From Candidatus Saccharimonadota bacterium (GTDB lineage: Archaea; Micrarchaeota; Micrarchaeia; Micrarchaeales; Micrarchaeaceae): 32,000 bases of DNA. The translations under genes were made by a program, and so were the position numbers. The stretch is taken from NCBI RefSeq assembly GCF_002214165.1, contig NZ_CP019964.1, forward strand, positions 720,001 through 752,000. The letters run 5' to 3'. Shown piece after piece: positions 1-9,352 of this stretch (positions are counted from its first letter, which is position 1; each line of letters begins with the position of its first letter). The notes beneath the pieces are model-generated. The model did no database searches and was not told where the DNA came from. It saw only the letters and a list, made by a program, of their open reading frames with translations.

Positions 1-1
1 A

Positions 2-718
2 ATAAAGATTCCGCAATTGAAGGACACAAACCCTGTCGGCATAGATATGGGTTTGCATTCATTTATTGGGATGTCATCTAGAATGAAGATAGAGAAGCCA
101 AGGTTTGTTAGGAAGAGGGCAAAGCATCTTGCAAGATGGCAAAGAAGAATTGCAAAGAGGGAAAAAGGCAGCAAAAGAAGGGAAAATGCAAAGAATCATC
201 TACAAAAGGAATGGGAACACGTTACAGAGCAATCTGATGACTTCTCCCATAAACTTTCTAACAAATTGGTAAATTCAGGATATACTTCATTCGCAGTAGA
301 GGATTTGCACATTCAAAACATGGCAAAAAACCATAATTTTGCGCAGGCAATCTATAATGCTTCATGGAACAGGTTCATCCAAATGCTCTCATACAAGGCT
401 GAAAGTGCCGGCATGAAGGTAATAAGGGTGGATGCAAGAAACACGACACAGGAATGCAGCAACTACCACTGCATAAAGGAAGGCGGCGAAAGGCTGGCTC
501 TAAAAGATAGAGTCTACAACTGCAATAGATGCGGTATGCAGTTAGACAGAGATATAAATGCATCAATAAACATATTGCACAGAGCAACTACCCTCGGACA
601 GAGGGGAAGTCACGCTCAGGGAGATATGGCCTCTGCAGTTCAACAGGAACTGAAAAGTCGCATCGCTGAACTGAGAACCGATAAAACACATCCTTTGCGG
701 GATGCAGTGTTTGCATGA
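2..718 (+). CDS. tnpB: TnpB-like RNA-guided endonuclease (IS200/IS605-family OrfB), 5'-truncated by the window edge
   Basis: The frame is open from nt 2. Motifs occur in canonical order: RuvC-I 'GIDMG', RuvC-II 'AVEDL', zinc ribbon 'CSNYHC...CNRCG', RuvC-III 'DRDINASINI'. Confidence 0.85.
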   Translation: MKIPQLKDTNPVGIDMGLHSFIGMSSRMKIEKPRFVRKRAKHLARWQRRIAKREKGSKRRENAKNHLQKEWEHVTEQSDDFSHKLSNKLVNSGYTSFAVEDLHIQNMAKNHNFAQAIYNASWNRFIQMLSYKAESAGMKVIRVDARNTTQECSNYHCIKEGGERLALKDRVYNCNRCGMQLDRDINASINILHRATTLGQRGSHAQGDMASAVQQELKSRIAELRTDKTHPLRDAVFA

Positions 719-775
719 ATGCAGAGGAAGCCCACACCGCTTGCGGGTGGGAGGATGTCACTTACAGAATCCTTT
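590..775 (+). ncRNA. Candidate omega-RNA (reRNA) scaffold overlapping the tnpB 3' end; extent is a guess
   Basis: In characterised TnpB systems the guide RNA scaffold overlaps the 3' end of tnpB and runs to the IS right end. Local hairpins are present here (ATGCA-GTGTT-TGCAT near 700-715, and the strong hairpin at 731-751). The last ~45 aa of the ORF after RuvC-III look non-conserved. Confidence 0.3.
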
Positions 776-866
776 GATTAGTGGTTTTATTTCAGCAGAA
801 GCTAAGCTTAGTGGCATGGAAGAGTCCTCCCTACCTAAAGGTTCTTTTAGTCACAAGGAAAAATTG

Positions 867-2057
867 ATGTCTCTGGCTTTTACTTCATTTGGCCATTTCT
901 CAAATGACTTCACTATTTTATTATTCTCGCTTCTAATCGTTTATTATTCGCAGGATTATGGTATAAGTTTGGCAGTGCTAGGAGCCGTAGCAATAATATA
1001 CAACGTACTTTCAGGCCTTTTGAGCACTCCAATTGGAAGCTATGCAGACAGAACTGGCCAGTACCGGACATTGATTGCTATTGGGATTGCTATAATAGGC
1101 ATAGCGGTAATTCTCTTTGCACTTTCATTTCAGTTCTCGCATTATGTACTCCCTCTTATGCTTATCTCTGCGGTAGTGATTGGTACAGGGCAAGCTTTTT
1201 ACCATCCGTTAGGTGCATCGGTTTTGAGGGTAACGTATGAAGCAAAAACATCCTCTGCGTTAGGAATAAATGGGGCTTTTGGCAGTGTGGGCCGTTCAGT
1301 ACTGCCAGTATTGCTTGTGCCAATGATAATCTTATATGGTGAATTCCATGCGCTTCTTTTTATTGCAGGCTACCTTTTCATAGTAGCATTGATTATATTC
1401 TTAGGTCTTGACTTCATCAAGCCTCAAAATGGCTCTATAGAGAGAAAGTCTGAGAAGTCTTCAGATGACAAATTAGGTCAAGGCGGCATAGAGAGGTATG
1501 AGAGGGCAATTTTCATCTTGGTACTTATAGTATTCATAAGGGCTATGTTCCTTACTGGAACTACTACTTATATTTCTGAATACCTGGTAAGCCGCGTGCA
1601 TTCTGATATTATCATGAGCTATATAATGGCGATAAGCTTTATCACTGCAGTGGCTGGTCAACCAATCTTCGGTAGGATAACTGAGATTAAAGGAGGAAAG
1701 TTCAGCATAATAGTGACAACGGTTTTATCCACGATATTCTTCATATTGTTCATGCTGTCGGGATCAAATGCAATACTTGATACTATAACATATGCGTCTT
1801 TTGTATTCATGGGATTCACTGGATTTCCAGTACTGCTTGGTTATGTAAGCCAGATAGTGCCTAAAAAAGTAGCAACAAAATCAAATGGGCTTGTATGGGG
1901 ATTGGGAAACACAGTAGGAGGGGGAGTTGGATTGGCGATCATGTCAATAGTTCTGTTCTTGAAGATAACTCTTGTTGACACAATGTGGATTATGGTTATC
2001 TTTGGAATTGTATCGTGCATACTTCTTCCATTGCTTCCAAGAAAGGCCAAATCATGA
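867..2057 (+). CDS. Major facilitator superfamily (MFS) transporter
   Basis: About 12 hydrophobic segments and an MFS motif-A-like 'GSYADRTGQYR'. The ATG at 867 is preferred; 816 is possible. The 702 start in the ORF track would read through the IS end. Confidence 0.75.
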   Translation: MSLAFTSFGHFSNDFTILLFSLLIVYYSQDYGISLAVLGAVAIIYNVLSGLLSTPIGSYADRTGQYRTLIAIGIAIIGIAVILFALSFQFSHYVLPLMLISAVVIGTGQAFYHPLGASVLRVTYEAKTSSALGINGAFGSVGRSVLPVLLVPMIILYGEFHALLFIAGYLFIVALIIFLGLDFIKPQNGSIERKSEKSSDDKLGQGGIERYERAIFILVLIVFIRAMFLTGTTTYISEYLVSRVHSDIIMSYIMAISFITAVAGQPIFGRITEIKGGKFSIIVTTVLSTIFFILFMLSGSNAILDTITYASFVFMGFTGFPVLLGYVSQIVPKKVATKSNGLVWGLGNTVGGGVGLAIMSIVLFLKITLVDTMWIMVIFGIVSCILLPLLPRKAKS

Positions 2058-2141
2058 TTAATAGTTTTGCTTGGATATAATCATACCCGTTTGCGACCTG
2101 CCGCTTTTCATTTTTACAACACAAATAAATTATTATAACGG

Positions 2142-2149
2142 TTATAATA
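2142..2149 (+). promoter_or_regulatory. TATA-box candidate for tRNA-Arg
   Basis: 'TTATAATA' is centred about 25 nt upstream of the first tRNA nucleotide (2171), matching archaeal TATA spacing. Confidence 0.35.
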
Positions 2150-2170
2150 GCTATTAAACAGCTATGATGA

Positions 2171-2244
2171 GCCTTTGTAGTATAACTTGGATAGAACGCG
2201 GGCTTCCGGAGCCTGTGATCCGGGTTCAAATCCCGGCAAAGGCG
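2171..2244 (+). tRNA. tRNA-Arg (anticodon CCG), no intron, CCA not encoded
   Basis: Manual cloverleaf. Acceptor GCCTTTG/CAAAGGC plus discriminator G; anticodon stem CGGGC/GCCTG with loop TTCCGGA; T arm CCGGG-TTCAAAT-CCCGG; D loop contains GG. Confidence 0.9.
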
Positions 2245-2382
2245 TATATTTTGAGAACATTAATTACCTTATTTTTCTTTAATCCATGCAAGGTGATTGG
2301 CTTATTGCTCTATAAGGTTCAATTTCTATGTTAATAATTTATATTTCTATATTCATAATTCAATACCGAAGCAGGGATTTTA

Positions 2383-3312
2383 TTGAATGAGTATAAAAAG
2401 AACGCCTTTCTGGTAAAGATATACAAAGGCGAATTGATGCATCACTATGTCTATAGCAGGCTTAGCGTGATGGAGACTGACAAAGAACTGAAAGAGATAC
2501 TTAAGAAATTGTCAAAAACTGAAGAACAGCACGCTGAACTGTGGAAGGAGGTACTTGACATAGAGCATATTCATCTACGGAAGACCAAAGCAACCCCAAC
2601 CCTGGCTTTGATACTGTTTTTGAGGAAGATCTTTGGATTGACCCTGCTTATAAATCTCATTGAATATGGTGAAAGGGACCTTTATAGCAAGCTTAAGTAT
2701 ATTATCAAGGAAAACAATTTTTCGGAGAAAGAAAAAAAGATAATAGGAAAAATTGAAGAGGATGAACGAGAGAATGAAAAGCCTATAGAGGACAAGATAC
2801 TTAAAATGAGTCCTGTGCTGAACAATATAAGAGATATAATATTTGGAATGAATGATGGGCTTGTAGAGGTTACTGCTGCCGTCGCAGGATTAGGATCTGC
2901 GTTGTATTATGCCAACTACATACTTTTAGGTGGATTTATAATTGCATTGTCCGGCACAATGTCTATGGCGGGAGGTGCATTTCTGTCTACAGAATACGAG
3001 AAAAACCTCAATATTAAGAAGGATGACAACAAGCCCAAAAGTTCTGCAATGTATGTCGGACTTGCCTATATATTAGGATCGCTATTCCCACTATCTCCAT
3101 TTATCTTTGGAATTAATGGATACTTTGGAATAGCAATCTCACTGATTATTACGGCCATAGTTTTATCAATAGTTGCATCTATAATATCGATAATAAGCAA
3201 CAAAAGCATATCAAAGAGCGTGACCAAAACACTGATAATATCTATGGGTGCTGCGACTGTCACAATAATACTTGGATATTATGCAAGAGTATTCCTGCAT
3301 ATAACAATTTGA
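2383..3312 (+). CDS. VIT1/CCC1-family iron/manganese transporter with N-terminal ferritin-like domain
   Basis: The N-terminal helical region carries 'EEQHAELW' (ferritin-like). The C-terminal membrane domain carries the 'GMNDGLVEVTAAVAGL' motif typical of VIT1/CCC1. The start may instead be the ATG at 2437. Confidence 0.75.
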   Translation: MNEYKKNAFLVKIYKGELMHHYVYSRLSVMETDKELKEILKKLSKTEEQHAELWKEVLDIEHIHLRKTKATPTLALILFLRKIFGLTLLINLIEYGERDLYSKLKYIIKENNFSEKEKKIIGKIEEDERENEKPIEDKILKMSPVLNNIRDIIFGMNDGLVEVTAAVAGLGSALYYANYILLGGFIIALSGTMSMAGGAFLSTEYEKNLNIKKDDNKPKSSAMYVGLAYILGSLFPLSPFIFGINGYFGIAISLIITAIVLSIVASIISIISNKSISKSVTKTLIISMGAATVTIILGYYARVFLHITI

Positions 3313-3406
3313 TGTTATATGCTGGGTATACTTTTAGGCTTATTCATGGTTAGTAATATATATCTTTAATTTCTAATACTAAAAGTGCAATTCCTAAGGT
3401 GTTAAT

Positions 3407-3679
3407 ATGGCAGATAATAAAGATTTGGAAGAGAAGATAAAACAGATTAATGGGCAAATGGATATGTTAATAAATGATACATCAGTCCCAAAGAATGTCA
3501 GAGGGGCAATATCAGAGGCTAAAGAGAAGCTTAATTCTGATGGAGAGTATACAATACGTGTTTCCTCAGCAATATACAACTTGGATTCTGTTAGCAACGA
3601 TATAAATCTTCCTCCTCAGGCTAGGACAATGATATGGGGAGTGTTGAGTCTGCTTGAATCTATAAAAGAAGGATATTGA
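3407..3679 (+). CDS. UPF0147-family small helical protein (function unknown)
   Basis: A 90-aa protein with 'DTSVPKNVRGAISEAKEKL...' and 'PPQARTMIWGVLSLLE' resembles the archaeal UPF0147 family as I recall it. Its stop lies 1 nt before the DP1 start. Confidence 0.5.
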   Translation: MADNKDLEEKIKQINGQMDMLINDTSVPKNVRGAISEAKEKLNSDGEYTIRVSSAIYNLDSVSNDINLPPQARTMIWGVLSLLESIKEGY

Positions 3680-3680
3680 A

Positions 3681-5201
3681 ATGGAGGATAGTAGGATAAA
3701 AGAGTTTTCCGAAAGGTTATCCAAGGTGAAAATGCTCCCTAAATCTGAGATTAATTCTGAGGTCATAGGGAATGTGGATTTGGATAGGCTTGTAGACAGG
3801 TTAATTCTAGATATTGGTAGCTTTGTAGGGTTCCATTTTGTAACACTGGAAGAAGTGACGCAAGCAATAGGGGAGATTAACAATGCAAAAATACCTATGC
3901 CTGTTGAGGTTATAAAATCAAGCAGTTTCAAGCCAATAGCATCAGAGTACCATGAGAAATTTGAGATCGAGAACAGGGACGTTGAGCATGCGAATGGGAA
4001 TGTCAACGACTTTGTGGATTATTTTAGGGACCGGCTGCATAGAATAAGAAGGATCCTTGAAACTCACGTGTCTACAGATGGAATACCTGTAGGCAACTTG
4101 AGCCTCCTTAAGGATATGGTTGGCAGAGATGTGTATATAACAGGGATAGTTTCCAGCAAGATAACCACCAAAAAGGGCAACATAATGGTTGTCATGGAGG
4201 ATGAAACAGACAGTGTAAAGGTGATTTTCTCTAATTCGCCTTCAGAGATAGGAAAGAGGCTTTACAATGAGGCTTCTACATTGGTTGATGATGAAGTCAT
4301 AGCAGTAAAGGGCAAGCTGATCAACCAATTCGTAATAGCAAAACAGATTATATGGCCCGATGTTACTATAACAGAAAGGAAGAATGTTGAGGAGGACCTT
4401 GGGATTGCTTTTATATCAGATGTACATGTTGGGAGCAAGCTGTTCCTGGAGCAGAATTTTGAGAACATGATTAAATGGCTGAACGGCGGTGCGCAGGATG
4501 AAAGAAGCAAGGAGATGGCAGGCAAAGTTAAATACTTGGTAGTATCTGGAGATGTTGTTGATGGGATAGGTGTTTACCCCAACCAAGATAGAGACCTTTC
4601 AGTTCCAGATATGTACATGCAGTACCAGATGTTTTTTGACTTGATAGAGGATATTCCCGATTACATACATGTGTTTGTATTGCCTGGAAATCACGATTCG
4701 GTCAGGAGAGCAGAGCCCCAGCCGGCTTTTCCTTCAACTATAATAAAGGACTACAAAAAGGACAACATACATTTTGTTTCAAATCCCTCATATTTAACAT
4801 TGAATGGGATACAGGTGCTTGCTTACCATGGGACCTCTTTGGATTCGATTATAAGCTCTATACCTGGAATGAGTTATGACAAGCCGGAATACCCTATGCT
4901 CGAGCTGCTGAAGCGCAGGCATCTCTCCCCGATATATGGAGGAAATGTCATAGTACCTAGCAAGACCGACAAACTGGTTATAGACAAGGTCCCTGATATA
5001 CTGACGATGGGGCATGTACACAAGAATGCAATTTCCAAGTACAAGGGTGTTACAATTATAAACTCTGGCACATGGCAGGCCAGGACGGCGTTCCAAGTCA
5101 AGTATGGGCAGATACCAACCCCTGCAAGGATGCCGGTATTCGAGATGAAGACCTATAAAGTTACGACTGTAAATTTCAGCAGTGATTCCAATGTATATTG
5201 A
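3681..5201 (+). CDS. polB: DNA polymerase II (PolD) small subunit DP1
   Basis: OB-fold-like middle region plus calcineurin-type phosphoesterase motifs 'ISDVHVGS', 'SGDVVDG', 'PGNHD', 'GHVH'. It is directly followed by DP2. Confidence 0.9.
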   Translation: MEDSRIKEFSERLSKVKMLPKSEINSEVIGNVDLDRLVDRLILDIGSFVGFHFVTLEEVTQAIGEINNAKIPMPVEVIKSSSFKPIASEYHEKFEIENRDVEHANGNVNDFVDYFRDRLHRIRRILETHVSTDGIPVGNLSLLKDMVGRDVYITGIVSSKITTKKGNIMVVMEDETDSVKVIFSNSPSEIGKRLYNEASTLVDDEVIAVKGKLINQFVIAKQIIWPDVTITERKNVEEDLGIAFISDVHVGSKLFLEQNFENMIKWLNGGAQDERSKEMAGKVKYLVVSGDVVDGIGVYPNQDRDLSVPDMYMQYQMFFDLIEDIPDYIHVFVLPGNHDSVRRAEPQPAFPSTIIKDYKKDNIHFVSNPSYLTLNGIQVLAYHGTSLDSIISSIPGMSYDKPEYPMLELLKRRHLSPIYGGNVIVPSKTDKLVIDKVPDILTMGHVHKNAISKYKGVTIINSGTWQARTAFQVKYGQIPTPARMPVFEMKTYKVTTVNFSSDSNVY

Positions 5202-8200
5202 CGATTATTTCAGATCTATAAACGAGGGTGTCAAAAAAGCTTATGAGCTGGCAGAGAGGGCAAGATCAAAAGGTTATGACCCGGAAACCTTTGTTGAGAT
5301 AAAGCCCGCCCCCGATCTGGCTTCAAGAGTTGAAGGTATTATAGGTATAGACGGATTGGCAAAGATAATAGAAAAGGAGGCTGAAGGAGTAAAATCCAAT
5401 GAGGAGCTTGCATTCAACGTTGCAAGGTATATCTGCAAAGATACAAGATTTGATGATAGGAGCATTGAAAAAAGGCTTTTGCTTGCGGCAAGGGTCGGCT
5501 TGGCTATACTTACCGATGGAATCCTGGTTGCACCAACAGAAGGGCTGCAGAACGTAGAATTGCACAAAAATCTGGATGGCACAACTTATGCCGCAATACT
5601 GTATGCCGGCCCTATAAGGGGCGCAGGAGGGACCAGCGCGGCGCTTTCCGTAGCGCTTCTGGATGCCGCAAGACGGGAATTTGGTATAGGGGATTATAAG
5701 CCAACACAGACTGAAATAGAGAGATTTATTGAAGAGGTGGGTATATATAATTCAAGGGTGGCAAGGCTGCAATATCTGCCTCCTGATGAGGATATACGTA
5801 CCATATTGCAGAACTGTCCTGTATGCATAGATGGATTGCCAACGGAGGATATAGAGGTCACAATGCATCGCAATATAGAGAGGCTTGATGCCAATGGAAA
5901 TCCGCAGCTGATGACAAACAGGGTCAGGAGCGGTATCTGCCTTGTGTCGTGCGAAGGGATAGCCCAAAAAGCAAAGAGCGTGCTGAAGCATACCAAGAAT
6001 TCTGGACTCCCTTGGGATTGGCTTACAAAGATAATAAAAGTTGACAAAGGAACAACAACTACATCATCTGCTGCTCCGAAGACTGCTGTATTCCTGCAGG
6101 AACTTGTGGCGGGAAGGCCTGTTTTCTCTTACCCTGATCATCCAGGGGCATTCAGATTGCGTTATGGAAGATCACGGTTTACTGGTATAGCCTCAAAAGG
6201 GTTTAACCCTGTAACAATGTCCATGATGAATGGATTTATAGCTACAGGAACACAGCTAAAAGTTGAAAAGCCTGGAAAGGGCTGTGTTGCCGTTCCGGTG
6301 ACATCTATTGAGGGGCCATTCGTCAAGCTTGATACTGGAGAGGCATTCAGGATAGACAAATATCAGGAGTACCTAAAGTACAAGGACAGAATCCAAAAGA
6401 TAATGTCCGTGGGGGATATTTTGGTAACGTATGGGGATTTCAAAAAGACAAATACCCCAATGCAGCCGACAAGTTATGTGGAGGAATACTGGTACTTGCA
6501 GCTTACAGCAAATGGTTATTCGGGAGGGATCCCAGAAGTCAATTCCTTTAAGGATGCATATGAATTCTCAAAGAAGTACAATGTGCCTATACATCCAAAA
6601 TATCTGTATGATTATTCTGATATAAACATTTCAGACATGAAGTTTCTAATAAATAAGTTGAAGGGACTGAAGTTTGAATCTGATAACCTTTTTGATGTCA
6701 AGTCTATTGAGTTCTCTGGAACCGACCTTGAAAGAGCAAGGAACATCCTTGAAGTCATCTGCATACCCCACTTCGACAAATCAGATAAGATTATAATAGA
6801 ACAAGATGACGCACAGAGCCTTATATTATCAGCTGGGCTTGTAGATGATGAAAAGGTGAACCTCAATAAGTATGACTTAAGCAGCTATAATGACAAAGTT
6901 GATTCTCTGAGCCTATTAAACAGTGTAAGCCCGATAAAGATAATGAGAAGGTCAACAAGGATAGGCGGAAGGATGGGAAGGCCTGAGAAAGCTAAAGAAC
7001 GTATGATGAAGCCTTCTCCTAACGTTCTTTTCCCAATATCTGATTATGGTACAAGGGAGAGGAGCATATACAAAGCATTGATGCAGGAGTACAAGAACCT
7101 TGGCAATAAATATATTAACGTGGAGATGGCGAACTTCATATGCGATAAAGGAGGAGAGCCAGTCACCTCTTTCTACTGCACTAAGCATAAATGCAGGGCA
7201 CATATAGAGAAGATATGCAAGAACTGCGGAAACAAGGTTGAAGGCGACAAATGTGAAAAATGTGGAGGAAGCCCTATATCTTATAGTTCAAGATCCATCA
7301 GCTTGGTTGGACTTATGGAAGAGGCAATGAAAAATGTGGATGTCAATATAGCTCCTAAGAACTTGAAAGGTGTTATGGGATTGGTCAGCGGGAGCAAAGT
7401 TCCTGAAAGCTTGGACAAAGGCATACTTAGGGCAATACACAATATAACAATTTTTAAGGACGGGACATCTAGGTTTGATGCCACGGATACACCTCTAACC
7501 CACTTCTATCCACGCGAAATGAACGTTTCCGTGGAAGCGCTGAAAAAGCTCGGATATGATAAGGATTACTTAGGCAATCCTTTGGAGAAGGATGACCAGC
7601 TAGTGGAGATGATGCACCAAGACGTTATAATGAACAACAGGGGCGCGGAGTACCTTTTGCACATTGCTCAGTTTATCGATGACCTTTTGGTCAGATTTTA
7701 CCGCCTTGAACCTTATTACAATATAAAAACTGCAGAGGACCTTCTTGGCCATTATGTAATAACCCTATCACCACATACTTCCGCAGGCGTGGTCGGAAGG
7801 ATAGTTGGTTTTACCAAGGCGAATGTTGGCTTTGCACACCCCTATTACATATCTGCAAGGAGAAGGAACTGCGATGGTGATGAGGACACAACAATGCTGA
7901 TGATGGATGCCCTTCTTAACTTCTCGAAAAGCTACCTGCCTACAACCATAGGGGGAACTATGGATGCGCCATTAATTCTCACGGTAAACGTTAAGCCGGA
8001 GGAGGTTGACGATGAAGTTCACAACATGGAGATAACAAAGAGTTATAGCAAGGAATTTTATGATAAGACCTTTGATTACGTTTCCCCATCTGATGAAAAA
8101 GTGCTTATAGTGGAGGATAACCTTGATACTGACAAAGTCTATAGCCATGTGGAATTTACCCATCTGAGCGATATAAATTCCATTGATGAGGCTCCCCTTA

Positions 8201-8637
8201 AAAGCGCTTACACTACCCTTAAAACCATGCAGGATAAGATAGACATGCAGTTTGAACTTATGGACAAGCTTTACACGATAGATAAGAAGGACACCGCAAG
8301 GAGACTTATAATGAGCCACTTTATACCCGACCTTATGGGAAACCTGCACTCGTTTTCGAAACAAACCTTTAGGTGCGTTACATGCAATGCCAAATATAGG
8401 AGGGTCCCGCTGTCTGGGAAGTGCACCAAGTGTGGTGGCAAACTGGTGCTCACAATATCGAAAGGAGGAATAGAGAAATACTTAAATGTCACGCTAAGCC
8501 TTATAGCGAGATATAGCTTGGAGGATTACATCAACCAGAGAGTTCTCCTTATAAAGGATGAGATTGAGACAGTCTTTGGAGGGATAGGCGAGGAGAGCCT
8601 TCCCACTAACCAATTCAATCTGTCAAAATTCCTGTAA
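5191..8637 (+). CDS. polC: DNA polymerase II (PolD) large subunit DP2
   Basis: About 1150 aa. N-terminus 'YF..I...VKKAYELAERARSKGYDPE..VEI', multiple CxxC zinc modules, 'NCDGDED' catalytic-type motif. The ATG at 5191 overlaps the DP1 stop by 11 nt (GTG at 5182 also possible). The size is normal, so no intein is evident. Confidence 0.92.
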   Translation: MYIDDYFRSINEGVKKAYELAERARSKGYDPETFVEIKPAPDLASRVEGIIGIDGLAKIIEKEAEGVKSNEELAFNVARYICKDTRFDDRSIEKRLLLAARVGLAILTDGILVAPTEGLQNVELHKNLDGTTYAAILYAGPIRGAGGTSAALSVALLDAARREFGIGDYKPTQTEIERFIEEVGIYNSRVARLQYLPPDEDIRTILQNCPVCIDGLPTEDIEVTMHRNIERLDANGNPQLMTNRVRSGICLVSCEGIAQKAKSVLKHTKNSGLPWDWLTKIIKVDKGTTTTSSAAPKTAVFLQELVAGRPVFSYPDHPGAFRLRYGRSRFTGIASKGFNPVTMSMMNGFIATGTQLKVEKPGKGCVAVPVTSIEGPFVKLDTGEAFRIDKYQEYLKYKDRIQKIMSVGDILVTYGDFKKTNTPMQPTSYVEEYWYLQLTANGYSGGIPEVNSFKDAYEFSKKYNVPIHPKYLYDYSDINISDMKFLINKLKGLKFESDNLFDVKSIEFSGTDLERARNILEVICIPHFDKSDKIIIEQDDAQSLILSAGLVDDEKVNLNKYDLSSYNDKVDSLSLLNSVSPIKIMRRSTRIGGRMGRPEKAKERMMKPSPNVLFPISDYGTRERSIYKALMQEYKNLGNKYINVEMANFICDKGGEPVTSFYCTKHKCRAHIEKICKNCGNKVEGDKCEKCGGSPISYSSRSISLVGLMEEAMKNVDVNIAPKNLKGVMGLVSGSKVPESLDKGILRAIHNITIFKDGTSRFDATDTPLTHFYPREMNVSVEALKKLGYDKDYLGNPLEKDDQLVEMMHQDVIMNNRGAEYLLHIAQFIDDLLVRFYRLEPYYNIKTAEDLLGHYVITLSPHTSAGVVGRIVGFTKANVGFAHPYYISARRRNCDGDEDTTMLMMDALLNFSKSYLPTTIGGTMDAPLILTVNVKPEEVDDEVHNMEITKSYSKEFYDKTFDYVSPSDEKVLIVEDNLDTDKVYSHVEFTHLSDINSIDEAPLKSAYTTLKTMQDKIDMQFELMDKLYTIDKKDTARRLIMSHFIPDLMGNLHSFSKQTFRCVTCNAKYRRVPLSGKCTKCGGKLVLTISKGGIEKYLNVTLSLIARYSLEDYINQRVLLIKDEIETVFGGIGEESLPTNQFNLSKFL

Positions 8638-8731
8638 TGGTGTGGCAGGTTTAAACTCTTTTGGGCTCCATTTTGGTCCTCGCAAAGGCAGTGAGGCAAT
8701 GGTATCACTGCTATATCCATAAGTATACTGT

Positions 8732-9166
8732 TTATCTATACTGTTCCTCGGACTTAAGCTTAACCTTGTTTTGATAAGCAATCCTGTGCTTTAGCTTGCT
8801 TATATATGGCTTACCATTTTTCAAGTACTTCTCATATTGTATAGGGCTTACCAAAATTCCATATTTATATGGTATTGTCTTCTTCAGGAATCCCTCTATT
8901 GCTTGTGGCTTTGAATCATTGAAGAACTTTGTTTTTACCAATATCCCGGAATCTCCTTCCGTAAGATATACCTCCGCAACTTCTTTGAATGACATAATCT
9001 GCATTGACAGTTCCTGCAGGTCTGTATTGAAATTTGGCTTTACCAAATAGAATCTATAATATACAGTCCTTTGCCTTATTGAAGATGTACTTCTCACAAC
9101 CCTGGCTTTTTTCACCCTAGACCCTTCTAAACCCTCTTTCGATCTTTTTTCTTCCAAGAAAATCAC
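8732..9166 (-). CDS. Hypothetical protein; possible stand-alone Lrp/AsnC-type RAM (ACT-like) fold with a basic N-terminus
   Basis: The ORF has good coding character. 'YYRFYLVKPN...FKEVAEVYLTEGDSGILVKTKF' resembles a beta-alpha-beta-beta-alpha-beta RAM domain. The start codon is uncertain (GTG at 9166). Confidence 0.3.
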   Translation of the reverse strand: MIFLEEKRSKEGLEGSRVKKARVVRSTSSIRQRTVYYRFYLVKPNFNTDLQELSMQIMSFKEVAEVYLTEGDSGILVKTKFFNDSKPQAIEGFLKKTIPYKYGILVSPIQYEKYLKNGKPYISKLKHRIAYQNKVKLKSEEQYR

Positions 9167-9352
9167 TCGTTGTTTAAAAATTTATTTATTAGTTTTATGA
9201 TTAATTTAACCTATTGATATATAAGCTTTTTGCAATTGAAAAATTGAGAAAGTTCGTACAATAAATTAACATTTCAGTAAAAATCTATATTTTTATAATT
9301 TATTTTACTCTATATTATGAAATTTTAATTAAAAAAAGCATTTTTAGACATA

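Larger units (their letters stand above)
1..775 (+). mobile_element. Right-hand portion of an IS200/IS605-family (tnpB-only or IS1341-like) element; the right boundary is approximate
   Basis: tnpB ORF plus a GC-rich hairpin (731-751, CCCAC-A-CCGC-TT-GCGG-GTGGG) 13 nt after the stop codon. This is typical of subterminal hairpins of this IS family. The left end lies outside the window. Confidence 0.6.

Noticed and set aside
702-866. N-terminal 55-aa extension of the MFS ORF (ATG at 702) overlapping the tnpB stop
   Set aside because: It reads through the IS terminal hairpin and has no membrane-protein character. The hydrophobic MFS core begins right after Met at 867, so the extension is most likely spurious.
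8688-8711. Perfect 7-bp hairpin (GCAGTGA-10 nt-TCACTGC) between the convergent polC and the 144-aa ORF
   Set aside because: It could be a terminator, but it has no flanking T-tract on either strand. A single short hairpin is not sufficient evidence for a feature.
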